Source of the DNA: Thermoplasmata archaeon
GTDB lineage: Archaea; Thermoplasmatota; Thermoplasmata; Thermoplasmatales; ARK-15
Direction: 5' to 3'
NCBI GenBank assembly: GCA_039794005.1
Contig: JBAMMA010000018.1
Location: 1 to 17,850, forward strand
DNA length: 17,850 bases
Part shown: in pieces, positions 1 through 8,462 of the stretch
Numbering within the stretch: position 1 is the first letter of the stretch
Layout of the letters: each line of letters begins with the position of its first letter
Made by a program: the position numbers and the translations under genes
Notes under the pieces: model-generated
The model's database searches: none
Told to the model about the DNA's origin: nothing
What the model saw: only the letters and a program-made list of their open reading frames with translations

Positions 1-121
1 CCCTTTTAACAGTAGATTGACTTATTTTAAGATCCATGGCTATCTGTCTTATGCAAAATCCTCTTTTTCTGGAATTAATTATGTATGTGATTATGCGTGA
101 AGTAAGTTTCCGGTAGCCCAT
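1..121 (-). CDS. Transposase N-terminal HTH fragment (IS481-like), truncated by the window edge
   Basis: My translation from ATG 121 is MGYRKLTSRIITYIINSRKRGFCIRQIAMDLKISQSTVKR, open to the edge. IRQIAMDLKISQSTVKR is a classic HTH, and GTGGT lies just upstream. Not in the ORF track. Confidence 0.75.
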   Translation of the reverse strand, partial: MGYRKLTSRIITYIINSRKRGFCIRQIAMDLKISQSTVKR

Positions 122-166
122 ATCCGACCACAAGCTTTTTATGGTCAAATAATTCGGGACTGTACA
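1..166 (-). mobile_element. Left end of an IS481-family-like insertion sequence (runs off the window)
   Basis: The minus strand starts 5'-TGTACAGTCCCGAATTATTTGACC at 166; IS481-family ends begin with TGT. An HTH-type transposase-like N-terminus follows 45 nt later. The other end is not visible. Confidence 0.7.
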
Positions 167-195
167 AATTTTATAAACCAAAATGTAAAAATTAC

Positions 196-600
196 CTATA
201 GCTTTCCAAAATTCTCAATTACTTTATTTATTATATTTTTTATTTTGGGTTCTGTATTGGATACATAGCAATTTTTGGCAATGTATCTTGCATTTTTTCC
301 ACAATTCTCCCTGAAATCTGCATTAAAATATGCATGTAACATTTTTTCATAAAGATCATTAATGTTTTTAGGATGGAACTGAAGACCATTAACGTCCTCA
401 CTTATTAATTCTGACACACCAGCATAGTTGCTTACGATTCCACATTTTTCATACAACCATGCTCAACAACCGTCAGACCAAACCCTTCTATGATAGAGGG
501 CAAAACAAATAGATCTGCCCTTTTGTATGCAGCATAGAGTTTCTCAGCAGGGTAATATCCTGTAAATAACACTTTATCTTTTATTTTTATGATCATTTTC
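196..600 (-). pseudogene. GT4 (GT-B) glycosyltransferase remnant: C-terminal domain only, frameshifted
   Basis: ORF 432..665 has KVLFTGY..ADLFVLPSIIEGFGLTVVE and ORF 196..456 continues YEKCGIVSNYAGVSELISEDVNGLQF. Adding one G near 462 restores EGFGLTVVEAWLYEKCG. There is no room for the N-terminal domain before the divergent gene at 704. Confidence 0.85.
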
Positions 601-703
601 ATGTGAAAAATGTACATTATTTGATATGGAATTAATTCCTGAGAATGGAAATATATTTTAGTCAATCAACATTTTCATGATTTTTGTAAGGAGAAGATGA
701 AAA

Positions 704-916
704 ATGATAATACGTGTCAGGGTAAATTTTGGGAATGGAAATACAGAGATGATCAATGATACCCTTATTGTTTATACGGATAAAAAGCCTGAAAATAACA
801 GGGCAAATATTGATGTGATGAAAAAGATTGCAGAATATTTCGATACAGATATAAAAAATGTGAAATTAATAAAGGGTAGAAAATCCAGAAACAAGGAATT
901 TGAAATATTGAAATAA
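704..916 (+). CDS. DUF167 (UPF0235/YggU-like) protein
   Basis: 70 aa with P-ENNRAN and AEYF..V.LIKG.KSRNK patterns; AGGAG upstream. Confidence 0.8.
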   Translation: MIIRVRVNFGNGNTEMINDTLIVYTDKKPENNRANIDVMKKIAEYFDTDIKNVKLIKGRKSRNKEFEILK

Positions 917-952
917 CAAAATCATTATGTATAATTAAACAGATATCATTCT

Positions 953-1438
953 ATGGAAAGATTATATGCGCCATGGAGAATATTATACATTCAGGCCCCA
1001 AAAAAAGAGGAAGGATGCATTTTCTGCAGAGCATTAGAAAATCCCGAAGAAAGATATGTCATTGATTATAATGATAAGGCAATGGTAATTATGAACATAT
1101 ATCCATATAATCCTGGTCATTTGATGATTGCACCTATTAGACATACAACCGATATTTCATCATTAACAGAAGAAGAAAGAATGGAGATATGGAAGTTTGT
1201 TGAAAAATCTATGATTGTTCTAAAAAAGATAATGAATCCGGAGGGATTTAACATAGGAATGAATTTAGGTTTAGTAGCAGGGGCAGGTGTTAAAGATCAT
1301 ATGCATATTCACATTGTTCCAAGATGGTGTGGGGATTACAATTTTATGCCTGTTTTGTCGGATACAAAGGTTTTAGGAGAATCTTTAGATGAAACATACA
1401 AAAAGATAAAAGAGGTGTGGAAGAATGGAGGACCATAA
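953..1438 (+). CDS. HIT-family nucleotide hydrolase/transferase (FHIT-like, Ap4A phosphorylase-type)
   Basis: HMHIHIVPRW triad, CIFC, NIYPYNPGHLM and GFNIGMNLG..AGAG. Confidence 0.92.
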   Translation: MERLYAPWRILYIQAPKKEEGCIFCRALENPEERYVIDYNDKAMVIMNIYPYNPGHLMIAPIRHTTDISSLTEEERMEIWKFVEKSMIVLKKIMNPEGFNIGMNLGLVAGAGVKDHMHIHIVPRWCGDYNFMPVLSDTKVLGESLDETYKKIKEVWKNGGP

Positions 1439-1910
1439 ATTACATTCTTATAAATTGAATATATCTGTAATTACGGTTAGCAGTTCTAGAACAAAGGAAA
1501 ACGATGAATCCGGGAAAATAATCATTGAATATATTAAAAATTCCCACCATAATCTAAAATTTTACGATATTGTAAAGGACGATATCTATGAAATAAGAAA
1601 GAAATTTTTTGAATATATTGAAGAATCTGATGTTTTAATATTTAATGGAGGAACTGGAATTAGCAAATATGACCTTACCCCCGATGCAATATCGCCATTT
1701 CTAAAAATTTTACCTGGATTTGGTGAAATTTTTAGATATTTGAGTTATCAAGAAATTGGAAGCTCTACAATAATGTCTAGAGCATTAGCTGGAACTTATA
1801 AAGATAAAATAGTTTTCCTTTTACCTGGTTCTCCAAAAGCATGTAAACTGGCAATGGAAAAAATAATTATAAATGAGTTAAATCATATACATTACGAATT
1901 GATTAAATAG
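1425..1910 (+). CDS. moaB: MoaB/MogA molybdopterin adenylyltransferase
   Basis: ITVSSSR..D.SG, NGGTGIS..D.TP, LPGFGEIFR, SRA.AG and LPGSPKA motifs. Overlaps HIT by 14 nt; GAGGTG RBS. Confidence 0.92.
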   Translation: MEDHKLHSYKLNISVITVSSSRTKENDESGKIIIEYIKNSHHNLKFYDIVKDDIYEIRKKFFEYIEESDVLIFNGGTGISKYDLTPDAISPFLKILPGFGEIFRYLSYQEIGSSTIMSRALAGTYKDKIVFLLPGSPKACKLAMEKIIINELNHIHYELIK

Positions 1911-1912
1911 GA

Positions 1913-2191
1913 TCAACCGTACTTAAATGAAACTCCATATGGCGCTCTGGGATAGTTCCAGTCAATATTTTTCTTGTCACATGATATTAAGCATGATCCG
2001 CATTCAACACAATCTTCATAATGGAATATAACTTTGTTATTTTCTATTCTATAGCATGATGCTGGGCATACATGTACACAATATTTTCCCTCGCATGTAT
2101 CGCATACTCTATCATCTTTCAATATGATATGTGGCTTTGTATCTACTTTATATTTAACTAAAGCTAATCTATCATCTATTTTCATTTTCAT
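1913..2191 (-). CDS. fixX: FixX-type ferredoxin
   Basis: PHI, C..C....C...CPA.CY, CVECGSC...C and W.YP...GV.FKYG. ATGA overlap with fixC. Confidence 0.92.
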   Translation of the reverse strand: MKMKIDDRLALVKYKVDTKPHIILKDDRVCDTCEGKYCVHVCPASCYRIENNKVIFHYEDCVECGSCLISCDKKNIDWNYPRAPYGVSFKYG

Positions 2192-3462
2192 AATGCTTTT
2201 AACCCCCTTAGTGCATCTTCAATAAATTCCCATTTCTCTTTTCCTTTCATCATATCTAGCAACGTTTTCTTAGGTATTCCATCGGATATTATCATATTTT
2301 CCATCAATTGATTCAAAAATTTTGGATAATAACTATAAAGTCTAGGATTCTCAAGGAAATAAGGTGCTTCCTTTAGATTCTCAAATTCTTTTAATACTTC
2401 ATTATTCATTCTGGTTTCATACAAAGACAGGGTTTTGGAAGAATAATCATTTCTTTTCTTAGCTTCAGCGGCCACTTCTGCTGCAATCATTCCTGATCTC
2501 ATAGCAATTTCAACGCCATTCAAATATATTCCAGAGGAATTTACTAATCCAGCAGCGTCTCCTACCACTAGAACATTATCCTTGTATAATTTGGATATCA
2601 TTCTTAATCCGCCTTCTGGAATTGCATGTGCTGAATATTCTTTGATCTGGGCACCAGATATCAATTCCTGTATCATTGGATGTTCTTTAAAATCCTCGAT
2701 TATATCAATCGCATAATGTTCACTTTTTCTTAAAGCTTCTAATGAAATGATCACTCCAATTGATATCATGTCTTTGAATGTGTATATAAAACCTCCTCCT
2801 CTAAGATATTTTGTAGGATATCCAATTATTAATTCTTCGACACCGTCCTTACTTGTTATTCCAAACCTTTTGTTTATTTCTTCTTCGGACAATTGAAATA
2901 CCTCTTTTATACCAACACCATAATTATTAGGATCTGGCCATCCCTTCATATTTTCCGACATTGCCAAGAGAGATATTGCACCATCAGCTAAAATTACCAT
3001 GTTACCTTCCATTTGATCGTTTCCACTTATTACACCATTCACCTTACCATCTTTATTGTGTAGCAGAGCATCAACTTTGACACCCGTTGCTATCATGGCT
3101 CCAGCCTCTTCGGCTTTTTTTGCTAACCAAGAATCAAACTTTGATCTGAATGTTGAAAATCCATTGACAAACTTGTCCCTAAAATCTATATTTTTAAAAT
3201 CGATTGAAAAATAAGATCTGTCATCCATAAAAGTCAATCTTCTCCTTGTAATAGGCCTTTCTATTGGAGCTTCCTTTTGAAAATCTGGGAATAATTTTCT
3301 AAGCGTATTTGTATATACAACACCTCCAAAGACATTTTTTGATCCACTGAATTCTCCTCTCTCTAGAACTAATGTATTTAATCCATTTCTTGCAGCAACA
3401 ATGGCAGCAGTAAGACCAGCTGGACCACCTCCAACGACTATTAAATCAAATTCTTCTCCCAT
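2188..3462 (-). CDS. fixC: FixC-type ETF:quinone oxidoreductase flavoprotein
   Basis: GGGPAG, ERGEFSGSKNVFGG, R.KFD.WLA, GGGFIYT, EYSAHAIPEGG and VGDAAG. Start moved to 3462 (GAGG RBS); the ORF track gives 3492. Confidence 0.92.
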   Translation of the reverse strand: MGEEFDLIVVGGGPAGLTAAIVAARNGLNTLVLERGEFSGSKNVFGGVVYTNTLRKLFPDFQKEAPIERPITRRRLTFMDDRSYFSIDFKNIDFRDKFVNGFSTFRSKFDSWLAKKAEEAGAMIATGVKVDALLHNKDGKVNGVISGNDQMEGNMVILADGAISLLAMSENMKGWPDPNNYGVGIKEVFQLSEEEINKRFGITSKDGVEELIIGYPTKYLRGGGFIYTFKDMISIGVIISLEALRKSEHYAIDIIEDFKEHPMIQELISGAQIKEYSAHAIPEGGLRMISKLYKDNVLVVGDAAGLVNSSGIYLNGVEIAMRSGMIAAEVAAEAKKRNDYSSKTLSLYETRMNNEVLKEFENLKEAPYFLENPRLYSYYPKFLNQLMENMIISDGIPKKTLLDMMKGKEKWEFIEDALRGLKAL

Positions 3463-3606
3463 TATTCCAGCCTCAAAATAGATATAATTCATTTTTATTT
3501 ATGCTTTTTGAATTTTTAATTTTTAAAATAAAAAATAAATTTTTAATAAATAAAGATACGAATTTAATTTTAAATATTAATTATAAAAAAATAAAATTAC
3601 GAGATT

Positions 3607-3622
3607 CGAAAAATTTATTATA
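3607..3622 (+). promoter_or_regulatory. Probable archaeal BRE+TATA for dsrE-tusA
   Basis: CGAAAAA followed by TTTATTATA, about 20 nt upstream of the GGTGA RBS. Confidence 0.5.
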
Positions 3623-3653
3623 TTAAATGTAATTATATGTAATGGTGATATAT

Positions 3654-4073
3654 ATGGAAAAGGGAGGTCTCGCAATTATTTTATTTTCAGCCACGGCTGA
3701 TAGATTAATACCGGTTGGCGTATTATCTCAGGCAGCAGCCAACATGGATGTTCCTGTGAGAATATTTGTTACAGGCTGGGCAACAAACCTTTTCAGAAAA
3801 AATTCAAATAAAAATGTGACGACATTTCCAAAGGAATATGAATCCATGGCTCCAATATTAATGGAAGGATTAAAGAAAATGAACGCTCCCTCCTGGTTTG
3901 ACATGTTGAAATCTTCTAAGGAATACGGAGATATAAAAATATACGTCTGCTCATTGATGGCTGGAGCGTTAGGTATTAAAAGCAAGGATGAATTGGACCC
4001 GATTGTGGATGATATAATTGGTGCTGCTGCGTTTTTAGAAATATCCGCTGGATATCAAACTTTATTCATATGA
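3654..4073 (+). CDS. dsrE: DsrE/DsrF-like sulfur carrier (DsrE2/peroxiredoxin-like type)
   Basis: LAIILFS...D, AA..D..V.IF.TGW, IYVCSLM (conserved Cys), IIGAAAFL and terminal TLFI. Start 3654 after GGTGA; the track gives 3642. Confidence 0.85.
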   Translation: MEKGGLAIILFSATADRLIPVGVLSQAAANMDVPVRIFVTGWATNLFRKNSNKNVTTFPKEYESMAPILMEGLKKMNAPSWFDMLKSSKEYGDIKIYVCSLMAGALGIKSKDELDPIVDDIIGAAAFLEISAGYQTLFI

Positions 4074-4083
4074 GGTGGTATCA

Positions 4084-4317
4084 ATGTCAGAAATAAAGGT
4101 GGATAGTAGAGGTTCAGCCTGTCCAGGGCCAATAACAGATCTCATGAAGGCATATAAAAACTCAAAAAATGGAGATATCATAGAGATAATGGCAACCGAT
4201 CCTGGTATAAAGGCGGATGCCCAGGCATGGGCTAAGAAAACACAGAACGAAATATTATCAATAGAAGATAAAGAAAATTATATTTTAATAAGAATACTCG
4301 TTAAAAACAAAAAATGA
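4084..4317 (+). CDS. tusA: TusA-family sulfurtransferase
   Basis: VDSRGSACPGP, GD..E..ATDPG..D...W. GAGGTGG RBS before ATG 4084. Confidence 0.92.
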   Translation: MSEIKVDSRGSACPGPITDLMKAYKNSKNGDIIEIMATDPGIKADAQAWAKKTQNEILSIEDKENYILIRILVKNKK

Positions 4318-4318
4318 T

Positions 4319-5089
4319 TTACAATTGCCTATTTCTATTATCCCTCAATACAGGCCTAAATGCTCTTGCAACTTTTATTTCTTCTGTATTTAATTCTTCT
4401 TTTATTATTTCCTCTTTTATATATCCAGCCTTTTTGATTATTTTTCCCCTGGGACTTACTATTGTTGAACCACCCCAAAATACAAGGTTTCTCTGAGTCC
4501 CTGCCCAGTTGTTATAAATAAAGAATACGGTATTTTCGACAGCTCTTGTGGGTATTAATAATTCAAAAAGTGATCTCGATGTTACTGGACTTGCAGATAT
4601 ATTTACAATATAATTTACTCCATTCATGGCCAAATGTTCTGTAATGAATGGGAAGAATATATCATAACATATTTCAACACCAACTCTTCCAAAGGATGTA
4701 TCAAAATATACCAATTCATTTCCCGGTTTGAAATATAAATATTCTTCAAATGGTCCAAAATTTGGCAGGTGCATTTTCCTATATACCTTTTTGTTTCCAT
4801 TCTCATCTATTATCATTGCAGAATTGTAAAGAAATCCATTTTCTTTTTCAGGAAATCCAAAAATTATGTTTGTTTTCTTTTCTTTGGCAATCTTTATAAG
4901 CGGGTCAAAAAATTCATCGTCTCTTGATAAAGATACATTGTATATCTCGTCTCTCAAAAAGTATCCAGATATATACAACTCTGGAAAAACAAATAGGTTT
5001 GCATCGTTATTTTTTACAAAATCTTCTATTATTTTTCTGTTGCCGAAGAGGCCAAAGTTTTTATGTGGTTGATAAACAAATACCTTCAT
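4319..5089 (-). CDS. Carbon-nitrogen hydrolase (nitrilase superfamily)
   Basis: E-K-C triad motifs FPEL, YRKMHLP and EICYD, plus RAVEN and F.GGS..VSP.G. Start moved to 5089. Confidence 0.92.
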   Translation of the reverse strand: MKVFVYQPHKNFGLFGNRKIIEDFVKNNDANLFVFPELYISGYFLRDEIYNVSLSRDDEFFDPLIKIAKEKKTNIIFGFPEKENGFLYNSAMIIDENGNKKVYRKMHLPNFGPFEEYLYFKPGNELVYFDTSFGRVGVEICYDIFFPFITEHLAMNGVNYIVNISASPVTSRSLFELLIPTRAVENTVFFIYNNWAGTQRNLVFWGGSTIVSPRGKIIKKAGYIKEEIIKEELNTEEIKVARAFRPVLRDNRNRQL

Positions 5090-5150
5090 TAAAATAGCCA
5101 ATTCAAAAAAGGATAAATAATTTTTTGTTCTTGAATTACATTTAAAAAAT

Positions 5151-5855
5151 ATGGAATTAATAGGTCATAGGGGACTATGCAACAAATACACTGAAAATAC
5201 TATAGAAGCATTTTTAGATGCATTTGACAATGGTGCAGATGCTGTTGAAATGGATATTCAACTAACAAAAGATAATGTACCCATAATTTTTCATGATTTT
5301 GATTTAAAGAGACTCTTTGGAATAAATAAAAGAGTTAATGAATTAAAATTGGAAGAGATAAGAAAGTTAAGATTAAAAAATGGGGAATTTATACCTACTC
5401 TTTTTGAAGTATTAGAAAAATTAAGAGGAAAAAGGTTATTTATTGAATTAAAAACTCTTCATGATGATTTTACTAGGACTAATGAAAACATGCCAAAAAT
5501 TGTTCATGATATTTTAAAAAATTTTGATAATAAAAATATTGTGATAATATCATTTGATATAAAGTCCTTGTCGGATTTAAGAGAAATGGATGACAAAATA
5601 TCCTTGGGATTAGACTTTGAAGAGAATTCTGAAAATTTGATTTCTAATGAATTTTTATATGAACTTTTGGAAGATAATGATATTGAATATTTCCTTCCTG
5701 AATTTTCCATATCTAAAAATTATGTGGAATTGAAAAGAAAATATAAGATTATTCCATGGGTGATAAATAAAAAAGATGATTTGGATAAGGTAAAATCATT
5801 TTCATATGGAATAATATCTGATAGAGTTGATATTATAAAAAATTATTTAAAATAA
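5151..5855 (+). CDS. Glycerophosphodiester phosphodiesterase (GDPD/UgpQ family)
   Basis: IGHRG, ENT..AF..A, E.DIQLTKD..P..FHD, IPTL.EVL, IELK, IISF and GIISD. Confidence 0.93.
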   Translation: MELIGHRGLCNKYTENTIEAFLDAFDNGADAVEMDIQLTKDNVPIIFHDFDLKRLFGINKRVNELKLEEIRKLRLKNGEFIPTLFEVLEKLRGKRLFIELKTLHDDFTRTNENMPKIVHDILKNFDNKNIVIISFDIKSLSDLREMDDKISLGLDFEENSENLISNEFLYELLEDNDIEYFLPEFSISKNYVELKRKYKIIPWVINKKDDLDKVKSFSYGIISDRVDIIKNYLK

Positions 5856-6518
5856 TTATTTAATGATCGATTCAATTATATTGACTATCAGCTCAGAAAT
5901 ATCTCTATCTGTGTCAATAATATCATCACCCTTGTGTATTATTTCAACAGAATGTAAATAGGTTAAATAATCCAATCTGTTGGCCTTTTGGTATATTTCA
6001 TCCAAAAGATTGTCTTTTAAATCATCCATCTCCTCTTCAATTTTTATTATTTTATACCAGTTTGATACAAAATCAGTTTCATTCTCTGATTGTAACATTT
6101 TTTTAATCAAATTTATATTTTTTAAATGAGCATCTATCATTTTATTTATTATAGAATAGAATGCGCAAATTCCCTCAACATTTTTATAATTGCTGTTAAG
6201 GTATAAAAAGTACCTGTTTATTTCTCTGCTCATAAAATAAATAGTATCAACATTATCGTCAAACTTTTCGATCAAATTCAATATATTATCTATTATCGAT
6301 GGATTTATTGCACCCTGAACAATGGATACCTTTAATTCAAATATTACTTCATCCATCTCTCTCTCAATACCTTTCAATTTCTCTTTTTCTGCAACTATGT
6401 TATTTGGACATGATAAAATATTTTTAACAACTAGTGCCGCTTTCTCCTCATAATCTGTCAATTTTAAGAGTTCTTCAAATAGCGATTTTTCATCCTTTAT
6501 TTTATTTTTGAATACCAT
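5856..6518 (-). CDS. DUF47 / PhoU-like phosphate-transport regulator-like protein
   Basis: All-helical with two repeats of (I)E.E.D...D..D (IEREMDE..DDNVD; IEEEMDDL..DDIID). Confidence 0.7.
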   Translation of the reverse strand: MVFKNKIKDEKSLFEELLKLTDYEEKAALVVKNILSCPNNIVAEKEKLKGIEREMDEVIFELKVSIVQGAINPSIIDNILNLIEKFDDNVDTIYFMSREINRYFLYLNSNYKNVEGICAFYSIINKMIDAHLKNINLIKKMLQSENETDFVSNWYKIIKIEEEMDDLKDNLLDEIYQKANRLDYLTYLHSVEIIHKGDDIIDTDRDISELIVNIIESIIK

Positions 6519-6595
6519 GCTTTATTGTTAAAATAAATTATTTATTAAAAGTTAATCGAATGAAAATGTTATTAAACATAAAATATTTTTACATA

Positions 6596-7975
6596 ATGAT
6601 GGAATTTTTATTTAATCCAAAATCAGTCGCTGTTGTTGGCGCATCCAACAAAGAGGGAAAGATAGGGTATGAAATAATGAATTCACTTATAGCTTCTAAG
6701 GATAGAATAAAAATTTATCCCGTAAATCCAAACGAAAAAGAGATTTTTTCACTGAAATCTTATCCTAGCATATCATCAATACCGGATGAAATAGATTTAA
6801 TGGTCATAAGCCTTCAAGCCCAGTATATTCCGGATATTATTGAAGAGGGGGCAAAAAAGGGTGTGAAGGGCGCAATAATAATTTCAGGTGGTTTTGGTGA
6901 ATTGGGAGGAGAAGGAGAGATTTTAGAAAAAAGAATTGAAGAAATATCAAAAAAATATGGAATAAGGATTGTCGGGCCTAATTGCATAGGAGTCTTTTCA
7001 TCAAAATCAAAATTTGATACATTCTTCCAGGCAAGAGAGGCGATGAAAAGACCAGGTGATGGACCGGTGGCTTTTATGACACAATCGGGAACATATGGAG
7101 TTACACTTTTAGAATTGATGGAAAGACATAGTATCGGTGTAAGCAAATTCATAAGTTTTGGGAATAAGGTAGATATAAACGAAATAGATATGATAGAATA
7201 TTTCAAAAATGACAATGATACGAAGATTATTTCTGGATATATTGAAAGTTTCAAAGATGGAAGAACATTTTATGAAAAGGCAAAAAATGTTTCTAGAGAA
7301 AAAGCAATAATAATTTTAAAAGCCGGAAAAACAAAGGAGGGGCAAATTGCCGCAAAATCCCATACAGGTGCATTAGCGGAAAATTATTCCATTTATGAAG
7401 GGGCGATGAAACAATCTGGAGTTATTACTGTAGATGATATTGAAGAGATGGTGGACATTATAAAAATTTTGGCAAAACAAAGATTGCCTGAAGGGGGAAA
7501 CGTTTTAATGATAACAAATGGGGCTGGCCCCTGTGTTGTTACAGCCGATGAAATTGGAAAATCAAAAAATTTGAAATTGGCAAAGTTGGATGAAAATGAA
7601 AAGGATAAAATAAAAAGTGTTCTGCCAGATTTTGCCATTGTTTCAAATCCATTGGATTTAACTGGATCCGCAACTCCTGAGTGGTATATGAAGGTAATGG
7701 AAATAATAAAAGATTCAAAAAATGTTGACATCTTTGTTCTATATTTTGTTATTCCAAATGCACCCATATACAGAAATATTTCAAAATTGTACGAACTTTT
7801 TTCAAAAGATTGGAATAAACCTGTAATAGCTGTAATGTCTGGAGGAGAATTTACAGAAAATGTGAGCAGAAATTTAGAGAAAATGAACATACCTGTAATT
7901 ACAACGGCTAGGAGGCTAGTAAATGCCCTTGAGAAGATCGTTGAATACTCGGAATGGAAAAAGAGTCATAATTAG
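6596..7975 (+). CDS. acdA: Acetate/acyl-CoA ligase (ADP-forming) alpha subunit
   Basis: LFNPKSVAVVGAS, YPVNP, GPNCIG, QSG, GNK.D, SHTGAL (phospho-His), TNGAG and NPLDLTG. No ATP-grasp domain. TATA-like TTATTAAA at 6569 favours a start at 6596/6599. Confidence 0.88.
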   Translation: MMEFLFNPKSVAVVGASNKEGKIGYEIMNSLIASKDRIKIYPVNPNEKEIFSLKSYPSISSIPDEIDLMVISLQAQYIPDIIEEGAKKGVKGAIIISGGFGELGGEGEILEKRIEEISKKYGIRIVGPNCIGVFSSKSKFDTFFQAREAMKRPGDGPVAFMTQSGTYGVTLLELMERHSIGVSKFISFGNKVDINEIDMIEYFKNDNDTKIISGYIESFKDGRTFYEKAKNVSREKAIIILKAGKTKEGQIAAKSHTGALAENYSIYEGAMKQSGVITVDDIEEMVDIIKILAKQRLPEGGNVLMITNGAGPCVVTADEIGKSKNLKLAKLDENEKDKIKSVLPDFAIVSNPLDLTGSATPEWYMKVMEIIKDSKNVDIFVLYFVIPNAPIYRNISKLYELFSKDWNKPVIAVMSGGEFTENVSRNLEKMNIPVITTARRLVNALEKIVEYSEWKKSHN

Positions 7976-8444
7976 AAATGCAGAAGAAGATGATATTGAA
8001 GGTATTGTGGACGTTTTTGAAAGTGTAATGGCAGAGGAAATATATTTACTAGGTGAGCACTTTTATGCTTTAGATTTCATAAGTTCAAAGATAAAAAGTT
8101 TGAATGATTTAATTCTAGTGGCAGAGCATGAAAATAGAATAATAGGAGTATTAACATTAATCAGAGAACCATTTTTGAAAAATAGACATGTAGCAGTACT
8201 AGGAATAGCAATAAAAAGTGGTTTTAGGCACGAGGGTATTGGAAGTGCACTGATGGAAGAATCCATAAAATGGGCAAAGGAACAAAACATTGAAAAGATA
8301 ACACTTGAAGTTTTTTCAACAAATACGAATGCGATTGAATTATACAAAAAATTTGGGTTTGAAATAGAGGGGATAAGAAAAAAACAGTTTAAAATTTTAG
8401 GTAATTATGTTGACGATGTCTTAATGGCTAAATTCTTATATTAA
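7923..8444 (+). CDS. GNAT acetyltransferase (YhhY/RimI-like)
   Basis: FRHEGIGSALM acetyl-CoA motif, L.VF..N..AI.LYKKFGF..EG. The start may be TTG 7941. Overlaps the end of acdA. Confidence 0.92.
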   Translation: MPLRRSLNTRNGKRVIIRNAEEDDIEGIVDVFESVMAEEIYLLGEHFYALDFISSKIKSLNDLILVAEHENRIIGVLTLIREPFLKNRHVAVLGIAIKSGFRHEGIGSALMEESIKWAKEQNIEKITLEVFSTNTNAIELYKKFGFEIEGIRKKQFKILGNYVDDVLMAKFLY

Positions 8445-8462
8445 GAACCATATAATTTTATT

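Noticed and set aside
455-470. Programmed frameshift or phase variation in GT4
   Set aside because: There is no homopolymer tract at the lesion, and the gene also lacks its N-terminal domain.
2188-3462. Geranylgeranyl reductase call
   Set aside because: GSKNVFGG and EYSAH.IPEGG motifs plus the coupled FixX identify FixC.
7923-7975. Programmed frameshift fusing acdA to the GNAT
   Set aside because: It would need a +1 shift. No convincing slippery site or stimulator is visible, and acdA ends at a normal length.
8433-8447. Short inverted repeat TTCTTA-TAT-TAAGAA, and similar ones near 5100-5137, 6532-6546 and 12220-12229
   Set aside because: Almost purely A/T, expected by chance at this composition, and with no shared consensus.
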